25,003 nt of DNA from Rhodospirillaceae bacterium (GCA_029881835.1 JAOULV010000001.1:1-25003), one strand, 5' to 3'; shown: positions 7,971 to 16,497, counted from the first letter of the stretch. The notes: generated by a model from the sequence alone, not told the origin. Numbers and translations are program-made.

Positions 7971-10151
7971 TTAGGCCCCTCCTTCAGTTCTGCGCTGTTT
8001 ATCGGCGCTTATGGTTGCAACAAGTTTGCGCCCGTGTTGACGATCAATTTCCATCAGCTTGGCCATTTGTTTGTTTTTGCCCGCACTTTTCACACTAACC
8101 TTGGTGGCAGTGGTGGCAATTTCACCGGTCTTGCTATCGCTTGCGCCATTAAGAATAGAAAGCGGGTTTACCCCGTTATCTTTGGCGTAACGCCCAAGCG
8201 CACTATGGCCGCGCCCAATAGGAACGGCGATGGCACCGGGATGAATGCCTTTATAAATAAAGGCGCGGGTGGTTACTTCACCGCTGGCAGATTTTATATT
8301 TATGTAATCACCATCTTTAATACCAAGTGACTTGGCAGTTTTGGGGTGAAGTTCTGCCCATGAATCCCACACTACTTTGGAAATTTGGTCAGGTGATTCT
8401 TGTAACCACGGAAGGTTGGCGCCCCGCCCATCCCACATACCCATTCTGGCGCTGGCAATTAAGGTTAGGTTGCCATCATCAGAATCATTCATCGTTGGTG
8501 TTATTTTGCCGTCACTATAAGAAAGTTTCCGCCCAAGTGATGGTATTTGGGTTTGCCCCGCCATCAAGAACCCGTTCCATTCTTTTTCGCTGTCGGTTTT
8601 TTTCAGCGCGCTTATGGCGCTGCGCAGGTAGCCGTAATAATCATCATAATCATCCAGTCCCGGCGCGCCCGCGTCTTTGGCCAGCGCCAAAACAACATCA
8701 CCGAAGCCGCGGGTATTGGGGAAAACCGGCTCCATTAACGGCTGTTGCAGGGCAAGATTTCTTGTTCCCTTGGCGTATGAAGGAATGTGGCTTCCCCAAT
8801 CTTCCAACGACGATGCCAACGGCAATACCACGTCTGCCGCTTCGGCCGTTTCGTCAAGCATGGAAGAAAGAACAACTTTAAATCCGACCTTGTTCCAGCC
8901 TTCAAGCATTTTTAGCGATTTGGGCGCAAGGAAAAGCGGGTTTGCGCCGGATACAAACAAAACATCAATTTTGCCCTCGTTGGCATCAATTGCCAAATCT
9001 TTTAGGTTGGCGCTGTTACCTTCAACCAAGTCTAGTTGCGGATAGGCAAGTTCACGCCCGGCGGTAATGGTAGTTCCGATGTTGCCTAGCATCTGGTTTA
9101 ACATCAATGCCGCTGCCGCTGCCGAATAACCGTTTGCATTGCCTGTGGCACTTCCGCCAGCCAAAACAAGGCTAGGGCTGTTTGCCGCCAGTGATGCGGC
9201 AATTTTTTCAATTCTGCCAACCGGCACAGCGCAAATGCCCGCCACTGTTTCGGGGTCGTGTTTATTGATAAGCGTTTTTGTTGCGTTTGAAATACCATTG
9301 CCCGCAACGCCGTGGTTATTCATAAGTGCATTTGCCACGCCTAGGGCCAGCGCGGTTTCACTTCCGGGTTTTATTCCAACCCAGTGATCTGCGTTGCCAC
9401 CGGTTAACGACATGGCGGGCTCGGCCTGAATAAGCGTGCCGCGCGGTGGGGTGCGAAATTCAGCGTAGCTTGCGGCAAAATGAACGGGCGAAATAAACGT
9501 GCCCAGGAAATCAGCGCCTAACGAGAAAATAACCTTGGCTTTTTCAAGGTGTATCTCGGGGTTGGGGTCATTGATAATATCTTTGCACGCCGTTTTCCAG
9601 ACATTGGCATTAATTTGTTCAACGGCGTAATGCCTAGACCCGCCAATTGCCCCAAGATGGGTTTGGGCCATTACTCTTTGATGGCCGCTAATGGTGCCGG
9701 TTACCCATGCGGCTTTGCCTGATTTGCTTTTTTCATTTATTAGCGCAATCGCTTCATCCCAGCTTGCTTCAACCAATGCACCGTTTTTGCGCACCATTGG
9801 GTTGGCTATGCGATCAGGGTTAAAATGGTGCTGCAGGGCGGCTTGGCCCATTTGGCAAAGGCGTCCCATGTTGACGCCGGAATCAGGGTTGCCTTCCAGT
9901 TTTAAAACCCGCCCTTCGCGCACCCGGCCATGTATCCCGCAACCAGCAGAACACCCCACGCAGGTTGACGCATACCATACACCAACACCGGGAATAACGT
10001 ATTCATTCGGCGCCAGATAGGAAATTACATTTTCTTCACCTTGTTCAAGCGTAACGTATGATGGCAGGTCGCACCCGGCCAAGGCCACACCCGCACCACC
10101 AAGGCCAAGACCTTTGAGGAATTGTCTGCGATCAAGTTTGCTCTGGTTCAT
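7971..10151 (-). CDS. actB1: alternative complex III ActB1, molybdopterin-oxidoreductase-like subunit, Tat lipoprotein
   Basis: 726 aa with DRRQFLK Tat motif, LAGC lipobox (C27), CX2CX3CX27C motif (C64/67/71/99), and a C-terminal dinucleotide-binding-like domain (AELHPKTAKSLGIKDGD). Confidence 0.9.
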   Translation of the reverse strand: MNQSKLDRRQFLKGLGLGGAGVALAGCDLPSYVTLEQGEENVISYLAPNEYVIPGVGVWYASTCVGCSAGCGIHGRVREGRVLKLEGNPDSGVNMGRLCQMGQAALQHHFNPDRIANPMVRKNGALVEASWDEAIALINEKSKSGKAAWVTGTISGHQRVMAQTHLGAIGGSRHYAVEQINANVWKTACKDIINDPNPEIHLEKAKVIFSLGADFLGTFISPVHFAASYAEFRTPPRGTLIQAEPAMSLTGGNADHWVGIKPGSETALALGVANALMNNHGVAGNGISNATKTLINKHDPETVAGICAVPVGRIEKIAASLAANSPSLVLAGGSATGNANGYSAAAAALMLNQMLGNIGTTITAGRELAYPQLDLVEGNSANLKDLAIDANEGKIDVLFVSGANPLFLAPKSLKMLEGWNKVGFKVVLSSMLDETAEAADVVLPLASSLEDWGSHIPSYAKGTRNLALQQPLMEPVFPNTRGFGDVVLALAKDAGAPGLDDYDDYYGYLRSAISALKKTDSEKEWNGFLMAGQTQIPSLGRKLSYSDGKITPTMNDSDDGNLTLIASARMGMWDGRGANLPWLQESPDQISKVVWDSWAELHPKTAKSLGIKDGDYINIKSASGEVTTRAFIYKGIHPGAIAVPIGRGHSALGRYAKDNGVNPLSILNGASDSKTGEIATTATKVSVKSAGKNKQMAKLMEIDRQHGRKLVATISADKQRRTEGGA

Positions 10152-10172
10152 GGTTTTTTCTTTCTCCAGATT

Positions 10173-10817
10173 CTACTTGTGACACTTGGTGCAGTCTGAC
10201 GGGCCTTCGTTGGCCTCGTGACAGCGAATACAAAAGCCCATGGTTAGCGGGCGCGACTTTTTAGCCACGGTCATTTCGGCAATATCGCCATGACACATGG
10301 AACAAACACGCTTGGCGTCCGAAACGTCTAGTTCTTGGTTATCAAACAAAAAACGCTTCAGGTGACGTTGGTGGGTAAAGTGAACAAAATCCGGCAGGTC
10401 ATGAACCTTGTTCCATTGTGGGCTTTCGCCTTTTTCCCACATGGCGGTTAGCTTTTGAATTTCCGGTTTTTCGGTTGCGATTACCGTGTGGCAGCCCATG
10501 CATTTGGAAAGGGGCGGTATGCCAGAAACCTTGGAACGCCTTGCGTAGGTATGACAGAACATGCAGTTAATCTCGTTATCGCCGGCATGGATTTTATGGG
10601 AAAAATCTATTGGCTGGGGGACATCGATGCCGGTGAAGGCTTCATCCGGGTACTGGGTTCCCGGAACTATAGGTCCCGGTACTACATCGGTGCTGGTGTA
10701 GTGAAGCTTTTGATCAAGTATCTGCGCCGCAATAACGATTATTGCGCCCACCAGCACAACAACCATGCTTAGACGGATCCATGGAATTGGCCTTTTCCTT
10801 GGGTTGTTCTTGACCAT
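10173..10817 (-). CDS. actA: alternative complex III pentaheme cytochrome c ActA
   Basis: N-terminal TM anchor, QPIDFSHKIH, five CXXCH motifs (CMFCH, CMGCH, CSMCH, CIRCH, CTKCH) and LPDFVHFTH. Confidence 0.93.
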   Translation of the reverse strand: MVKNNPRKRPIPWIRLSMVVVLVGAIIVIAAQILDQKLHYTSTDVVPGPIVPGTQYPDEAFTGIDVPQPIDFSHKIHAGDNEINCMFCHTYARRSKVSGIPPLSKCMGCHTVIATEKPEIQKLTAMWEKGESPQWNKVHDLPDFVHFTHQRHLKRFLFDNQELDVSDAKRVCSMCHGDIAEMTVAKKSRPLTMGFCIRCHEANEGPSDCTKCHK

Positions 10818-10860
10818 ACGGTCGATGCTCCCCTGTCAAACAACCCCGGTACCGCGAAAG

Positions 10861-10909
10861 TAATATTAGTTAATTAGTATATAATATTTAAGTAATATTC
10901 ATGTAATAT
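10861..10909. repeat. helically phased TAATAT direct repeats upstream of actA
   Basis: TAATAT at 10861, 10882, 10893 and 10904, plus TAATTA at 10871; spacings are 10, 11, 11 and 11 bp. Confidence 0.6.
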
Positions 10910-11068
10910 GCGTTATGTTGGGGCATTCTTATTATTATTTGAAGTAACCATAACTATACAAAGAAAAATTGTATTTGCTACTACTTATGTGGTGGGGGTG
11001 TATCTACCCATATGGGGGGCAGTTGTTTTTGGCAAATAATGTCGTAACCATGAATAAATTATTTTACT

Positions 11069-12382
11069 TCAGATAGTTGATGGATGATCACTGCTGGGGG
11101 CAATCTCACCGCGCAGGCGCTCTAGGCAGGCATTAAGATCTGGGCGAAAGTCTTGATCCATCCACCACCGTTCCACTTTTTTTAAAGCGTCCCCCAGTTC
11201 GGGGCCGGGGTTTAACCCCAAATCAAGGCCATGGCGCCCTTTTAGGGGGAAGCGAACCACCTGCCAGGCAGCAATTGCGGATAAAACATTTTTCCATTTT
11301 TCCGTTACGCCCGGTTTTTGGTGTGGGGTGATGGAAATCTCGCCCGCCCATTCAATCAAGGCTTTATCCATAACTATATCTTTGCCCAGCATATAACATG
11401 CGCTGCGGATGTCTTGCTCGCCAGACAAACCGTTTATGGGCGGCGCATCACCAGCATTTTCTGCGCAAGCAATTGCCAAAAGATGATCGCTTTCACGTTT
11501 TGAAAATTTAAGTCGCGAACAAATATTTTTTATTTCTTCTTTGTTTGTTCTGGGTTTTATCAATGCCGCCAGTCTGCGAACGGGGTCGGTTTCAATTTCA
11601 CCCATTATTATGCCGCGCTCGACCAACCATGCCAATGCCCGCAACCTGCCAACGTCGCCCGCTTCGGGAAGTATGTGTTCAAGTATTTTTTCCGAACGCA
11701 TCAAGGCAATAATGTCTGCGGTATTGGGGGCCATTAAAATACGGAAAAGTTCGCCCCTTATGCGTTCACCCGAAAGCTCTACCAATCTATGGCTCAGCTT
11801 GCGACAAGCTATCATTGCCTCGTTGTCTATGGGCGGCCTGCCGTACTGGGCATAAAAACGAAAAAATCTAAGCATCCTTAGCACATCTTCGTTGATGCGG
11901 CTTTCGGCTTCGCCGACAAAGCGTATTCTGCCTTTGGCTAAATCGTTTAACCCATCGTAAGGGTCAAAAATATCACCTTCATCGTTAGCCGACATTGTGT
12001 TGATGGTAAAATCACGCCGTGCCGCATCTTGGGTCCAGTCATCGGTAAATTTAACGGTCGCCCTTCTGCCGTCGGTTTTGACGTCAATGCGAAGGGTGGT
12101 TATTTCAAAATGATGTTTTTTTATAACCGCAGTTATGGTTCCATGGGCAATCCCTGTGGGTATGGCTTTTATTCCCGCTTGTTCAAGAACCTTTATCACC
12201 GCTTGGGGGTCGCTGGGGGTGGCTAAATCTATGTCTTTTACCGGGCGCTTTAGTATTGAATCGCGCACGCACCCACCAATAAAGCGTACCTCAATACCGC
12301 CTGCTTTAAGTGCGGCCATAAGCTCGCGGGTTTGTGGCGTTTTCATCCACGGTTGGGGTGGTATTTTTCCGGTGGGGTCCAC
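11069..12382 (-). CDS. cca: CCA tRNA nucleotidyltransferase (class II)
   Basis: FIGGCVRD, DIDLAT, RRDFTINTM and EDVLRMLRFFRF motifs. GTG start at 12382; ATG 12347 is an alternative. Confidence 0.93.
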   Translation of the reverse strand: MDPTGKIPPQPWMKTPQTRELMAALKAGGIEVRFIGGCVRDSILKRPVKDIDLATPSDPQAVIKVLEQAGIKAIPTGIAHGTITAVIKKHHFEITTLRIDVKTDGRRATVKFTDDWTQDAARRDFTINTMSANDEGDIFDPYDGLNDLAKGRIRFVGEAESRINEDVLRMLRFFRFYAQYGRPPIDNEAMIACRKLSHRLVELSGERIRGELFRILMAPNTADIIALMRSEKILEHILPEAGDVGRLRALAWLVERGIIMGEIETDPVRRLAALIKPRTNKEEIKNICSRLKFSKRESDHLLAIACAENAGDAPPINGLSGEQDIRSACYMLGKDIVMDKALIEWAGEISITPHQKPGVTEKWKNVLSAIAAWQVVRFPLKGRHGLDLGLNPGPELGDALKKVERWWMDQDFRPDLNACLERLRGEIAPSSDHPSTI

Positions 12383-12430
12383 TGGGTTAAATCCGCTAAA
12401 TATTAAGTGTGCAAATATTGAAAATTAGCT

Positions 12431-12724
12431 TTATTTCGGTGTCATTTCGCCCGGCACAATTTTACCGTCTTCAAATCGTGGTGGTTGGTAGCTAGAACCA
12501 GCAGGCGAACCGCCAACGGTTGCAATTACGCCAAGGCCTATGGCCATTAACAAAACGCCAGCCAGGACCAACCTTATCCACGGGGTTTTTATTTCCAGGT
12601 GCTCAACGTCTTCGCCGGCGCGTTTGGCCGCGTCTATTTTGCGCCTGACCCAACCCATCCATATAAAATATAAAATGCTAGGTAGAACCAGCGGTAAAAC
12701 ATATGTAAAAATAATACGTATCAT
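12431..12724 (-). CDS. small membrane protein, DUF6111-like
   Basis: 97 aa with two hydrophobic segments and a C-terminal YQPPRFEDGKIVPG; lies between the Nudix gene and cca. Confidence 0.7.
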   Translation of the reverse strand: MIRIIFTYVLPLVLPSILYFIWMGWVRRKIDAAKRAGEDVEHLEIKTPWIRLVLAGVLLMAIGLGVIATVGGSPAGSSYQPPRFEDGKIVPGEMTPK

Positions 12725-12770
12725 TAATTGCCCTTTATTGATCGTTTCCGCTCACGTATAAGCTTTAGCA

Positions 12771-13433
12771 TTATATGCCTTTTTTCTCAATCGCCAGAAC
12801 CTCGTATAGATTAAACAGCATTCCAGCGGTGGCGCCCCATATATAATAATCCCCATAAGGCATGGCGTAAAATTTTCTGATATTGCCTTCAAAATTTCTT
12901 TCCAAAAGCTGGTGGTTGGTTGGGTCCATAAAATGCGCTAAGGGCACTTCAAAAATCTCGGCCACTTCTTTGGGATCGGGGTGCAAATCAAACGAGCCAA
13001 AAATATGTCCAATAACCGGAACGATCGAAAATCCGGTGCGGGTTATGTAGGTATCTAGTCTGCCAATAACATTTATGTTTTCCCGCCCAATTCCGGTTTC
13101 TTCAAAGGTTTCGCGAATGGCTGCGGCGGTGGCGTCAATATCGCCATCGTCAATATGGCCGCCGGGAAAACTTATTTGTCCGGGATGGTGTTCAAGGTCA
13201 TCCGTGCGCTGGGTTAATAAAACGTGCAATCCATTTGCCCGTTCTAACAGCCCAACCATAACCGCAGCCGGGCGCAACGCAACGCCTGAGCGCATATCGG
13301 TTATAAGCTCGCTTTTTATTTCCGGATTTAAATCAAAATCGCCGCGGCCAATGGCGAAATTATTTTCGGGCGTAATTGATGGGGCGGTAGTTTCCGCATC
13401 TCTTAAGCGCTGTAAAACCCATTTAAGGTCCAT
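12771..13433 (-). CDS. CoA pyrophosphatase-type Nudix hydrolase (NudL/PCD1-like)
   Basis: LLTQRTDDLEHHPGQISFPGG, Nudix box IRETFEETG and IWGATAGML. Confidence 0.9.
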   Translation of the reverse strand: MDLKWVLQRLRDAETTAPSITPENNFAIGRGDFDLNPEIKSELITDMRSGVALRPAAVMVGLLERANGLHVLLTQRTDDLEHHPGQISFPGGHIDDGDIDATAAAIRETFEETGIGRENINVIGRLDTYITRTGFSIVPVIGHIFGSFDLHPDPKEVAEIFEVPLAHFMDPTNHQLLERNFEGNIRKFYAMPYGDYYIWGATAGMLFNLYEVLAIEKKGI

Positions 13434-13436
13434 CAG

Positions 13437-14018
13437 TTATTCGTGGGGGACCGTATCACCAACCGGAAAAAACGCCCCCGCGCTCCAAAATCCTTTGACT
13501 GGATTATTATCCAATACTGTTGTGACACATAATTTTAACAATTGTGAAAATATGTCATCTCGTATCAGAACATCCATATTGTTTTCCATCTTAACATATG
13601 GAGCAAGATTTTGAATTGCCGGGTTTGGCTTTAAATAAAAAGGGTTTTTTGTTGAAATCTCGACCTGCTGTTCGGTTTTGGTTATTAGTTTTATGGTCTG
13701 CTTTTCGCCTTCTCCCGCCATTACTATTTCAATCGCAACGAACGGTGCGTCGGCAACAGATATGCGCCCTATCTCGGTGGGGGAAACCAACCAATAATGG
13801 CCATCACTACCAAGCATAAGCATGTTTGAAAATAGACATGCCAATTCTTGTTGTTTAATCGGTTTGGAATTATAATACCAAGTTCCATCACGCCCAATTT
13901 TAATGTCCAAGTTACCGCAGTATTCGCGATCACCCAGTGGAATTGGCAGGTTTAAATCAACCTCTCCCGGATCAACAAAAATAGGAAAATCATTGTTATC
14001 TGATGTCTGTGAGACCAT
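13437..14018 (-). CDS. DUF1285-family protein
   Basis: LDIKIGRDGTWYY and YWLVSPTEIGRISVADAPFVA segments. Start ATG 14018 preferred; 14054 is possible. Confidence 0.75.
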   Translation of the reverse strand: MVSQTSDNNDFPIFVDPGEVDLNLPIPLGDREYCGNLDIKIGRDGTWYYNSKPIKQQELACLFSNMLMLGSDGHYWLVSPTEIGRISVADAPFVAIEIVMAGEGEKQTIKLITKTEQQVEISTKNPFYLKPNPAIQNLAPYVKMENNMDVLIRDDIFSQLLKLCVTTVLDNNPVKGFWSAGAFFPVGDTVPHE

Positions 14019-14184
14019 ATTTAACCTAACTAGTTTGCGCGCAGGCTCAACCAAGGCATTCGCGCATTGGCTACTTTTGTAATATGGGATCTATTTGGGC
14101 GTCTAAAAGCATTTTTTTAAATATTATTGACACTTTAAGATATATAAGCCTGATCATATATACGGGAAAAGCACGGAAAATAAG

Positions 14185-14886
14185 ATGATAAAAGTTATAC
14201 CACTTGAAAAACTTGGTCACGCGAACCATGGCTGGCTTAATGCCAGGCACCATTTCAGCTTTGCCGATTATTATGACCCGGCGCGCATGGGCTTCGGCCA
14301 TTTACGTGTATGGAACGATGATGCAATCAAAGGCAACAGCGGCTTTCCCATGCACCCCCACCGCGACATGGAAATAATTACTTATGTTCGTACTGGTGCC
14401 ATAACCCATGAAGACAGTCTGGGCAACCGTGGAAAAACCAGCGCCGGTGAAGTGCAGGTGATGAGCGCCGGAACCGGCATTCGCCATTCGGAATATAACG
14501 AAGACGAAGAAACCTTGACCCTGTTTCAGATATGGGTGGAACCAGACAGGGCAGGGCACGCCCCCAGATGGGATGCGGCCAAGGTTTCAACCGCAACCGA
14601 TGATGCTTTTCGCCTGCTTGTATCGGGGCGCAAAAAAGACGAAGGCAAAGGCGCATTATTCATTCATCAAGACGCCGCTTTTTATCGCGCCAATTTAGAT
14701 GTCGGCGCAAATGTTGAATATTCAACCGAACCGGGCAGGATGATGTATCTTGTTCCGGCAAGGGGAGAAATAGCGATTAATGGCTTAATCGTACCGGAAC
14801 GTGCCGGGGTGCAGATTGAAGACGAAGACCGCATAATAATAGATGCCCCCGAAGGCGCAGAAGTGGTATTGCTTGATCTTCCTTAA
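14185..14886 (+). CDS. pirin family protein (YhhW-like)
   Basis: WLNARHHFSFADYYDP, GFPMHPHRDMEIITYV, HEDSLGN, QVMSAGTGIRHSE and FQIWV motifs. Confidence 0.95.
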   Translation: MIKVIPLEKLGHANHGWLNARHHFSFADYYDPARMGFGHLRVWNDDAIKGNSGFPMHPHRDMEIITYVRTGAITHEDSLGNRGKTSAGEVQVMSAGTGIRHSEYNEDEETLTLFQIWVEPDRAGHAPRWDAAKVSTATDDAFRLLVSGRKKDEGKGALFIHQDAAFYRANLDVGANVEYSTEPGRMMYLVPARGEIAINGLIVPERAGVQIEDEDRIIIDAPEGAEVVLLDLP

Positions 14887-14930
14887 AAAAAGTAACAAAA
14901 AAATTGTCAAAGGGGATGCGGGGCACAGCA

Positions 14931-15350
14931 ATGAAGGCGCAGGTAAAATGGATTGGTGGCGTAGCTTTTGAAGCAACGGCCGACAGCGGGCACAAGGTCA
15001 TAATGGACGGCGCGCCAGAAAGTGGCGGTGAAAACAAAGGTTTTCGTCCGATGGAAATGGTTTTATTGGGCATGGGCGGATGCACATCGTTTGATGTAGT
15101 TGGAATTTTAAAAAAATCACGCCAACAAGTTGATGAATGCCTGGTCGAAATAACCGCCGAACGCGCCCAAACTGTTCCTAAGGTGTTTACAAAAATACAT
15201 ATGCACTTTTTAGTTAAAGGAAAGGGCATTGATCCCACAAGGGTAGAAAGGGCTGTTTCGCTTTCCGCTGATAAATATTGTTCAGCGGTGGCGATGCTGG
15301 GCAAGACCGCAACCATTACCCATGATTTTGAAATCATTGAAACTGATTAA
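14931..15350 (+). CDS. OsmC-like protein (YhfA type)
   Basis: RPMEMVLLGMGGCTSFDV and SADKYCSA (two conserved Cys); start ATG 14931. Confidence 0.9.
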   Translation: MKAQVKWIGGVAFEATADSGHKVIMDGAPESGGENKGFRPMEMVLLGMGGCTSFDVVGILKKSRQQVDECLVEITAERAQTVPKVFTKIHMHFLVKGKGIDPTRVERAVSLSADKYCSAVAMLGKTATITHDFEIIETD

Positions 15351-15353
15351 AAA

Positions 15354-16049
15354 ATGAAAGCCAATATTTATAAAATCTTGTTTGGCATTGTTGGGGCAAT
15401 GGCTATTTCTTCGTGCGCTGCCGTTCCGGGGGTTGATGATGACCCTATCATGCGAAAACTTTCATGGTTTTCTTATATTAACGGTGATGATATGCGCCCT
15501 AACTGCACCGCTGGTGCGGGTGAAAATTATCGTTTGGTATATAACGGCATATACACCGAACAGTTGCGAATATACCAAGTGGGCGGCAAAGAAAATAATT
15601 TTTCCGTTCGCGTAATTAACGCACCCGATTTAAGCGATATTTCGGTTGCCAGCGGTACCGATTTGTTAAATCCATGGCGCGGGTTGAAAAAAGAAAAAAT
15701 TATTTCATCAGATGAAATAATTAAACTGACCGCAGCAATGGAAAACGATGGTGTGTTTGGCCCGCCAGCGGTGGGGTTGCATATTTCATCTAAAGGGTTT
15801 TTCTGGACAATTGCGGCCTGTCATGAGGGTAATTTTTATTTTACCGCCCTAAGGTGGCCGGGTGAAAAATTTGAAAACGCCACTTTCCCCGCGGCGCTTT
15901 TGGCGCTTGATGAAAGCCACATCAAGGTTAACCAACCCCGAACCGTTCGCGCCTCAAATGTTGTTAACCAGTCGCAAACCAGCAAAAAAGTTGAAGACTT
16001 CACCCTTGAAGTGGGGAAAGACGGTCTGGTTGGCATTGCCCGCTTTTAG
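15354..16049 (+). CDS. hypothetical lipoprotein
   Basis: 231 aa with a signal peptide and ISSC lipobox (C21); starts 3 nt after the OsmC stop. Confidence 0.75.
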   Translation: MKANIYKILFGIVGAMAISSCAAVPGVDDDPIMRKLSWFSYINGDDMRPNCTAGAGENYRLVYNGIYTEQLRIYQVGGKENNFSVRVINAPDLSDISVASGTDLLNPWRGLKKEKIISSDEIIKLTAAMENDGVFGPPAVGLHISSKGFFWTIAACHEGNFYFTALRWPGEKFENATFPAALLALDESHIKVNQPRTVRASNVVNQSQTSKKVEDFTLEVGKDGLVGIARF

Positions 16050-16115
16050 GCACTTTCATTGGTCGGGCTATGGGTCTAAACTAACCGCAATTAGATATTA
16101 ATGGGGGAAATCAAT

Positions 16116-16487
16116 ATGCCATATGTATTGCGCAACGCCGATGGGCGCATCATTGCCGTGTTGAGCGAACACGTCGAAGGTGCGGAAATGGTTGCCGCCC
16201 ATGATGCGCAATTGACCGAATTCTTACAAAAAGACAGCCCCGAATCCAAAGCTCAGGCCGAATTGATTGAATCCGATCTTGGCATCGTTCGTGTTTTGGA
16301 AGATTTAATCGATATTTTGATTGAGCGCGGTCACATAATGTTTACCGATTTTCCCGAACCGGCCCAAAGAAAGCTTTTATCACGCCGTGGCTTGCGTAAA
16401 GAATTTTCTTATATGGACGACCTGTTTAATGAGGAAAACGGCCTTGATATGCCCGACCCCGATGAGGGCGGCGAAGGGTTCTTGTAA
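16116..16487 (+). CDS. conserved small hypothetical protein
   Basis: 123 aa with MPYVLRNADGRIIAV and ESDLGIVRVLEDLIDILIERG...PEPAQRKL, plus an acidic tail. GGGGG RBS-like sequence upstream. Confidence 0.75.
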   Translation: MPYVLRNADGRIIAVLSEHVEGAEMVAAHDAQLTEFLQKDSPESKAQAELIESDLGIVRVLEDLIDILIERGHIMFTDFPEPAQRKLLSRRGLRKEFSYMDDLFNEENGLDMPDPDEGGEGFL

Positions 16488-16497
16488 AAGAAATTGA

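Noticed and set aside
5646-10817. Calling the cluster Qrc or a catalytic Psr/Ttr/Arx molybdoenzyme
   Set aside because: ActD, monoheme ActE and ActF follow, and the CIGSRYC 3Fe-4S signature and ActC motifs match ACIII. Qrc has only four subunits. No Mo ligand is evident.
10834-10839. TTGACA on the minus strand before actA
   Set aside because: It is only about 17 nt from the ATG and adjacent to the RBS, too close to be the -35 element.
11007-11016. CCCATATGGG palindrome (CCATATGG also at 21876-21883)
   Set aside because: It is too short and has no matching RpoH-type -35. The second copy lies within a promoter spacer.
14127-14132. Perfect TTGACA upstream of pirin
   Set aside because: No acceptable -10 element lies 16-18 bp downstream.
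16116-16487. Tryptophan synthase beta annotation for the small protein
   Set aside because: It is 123 aa with no PLP-lysine motif, and the label is likely a propagated misannotation.
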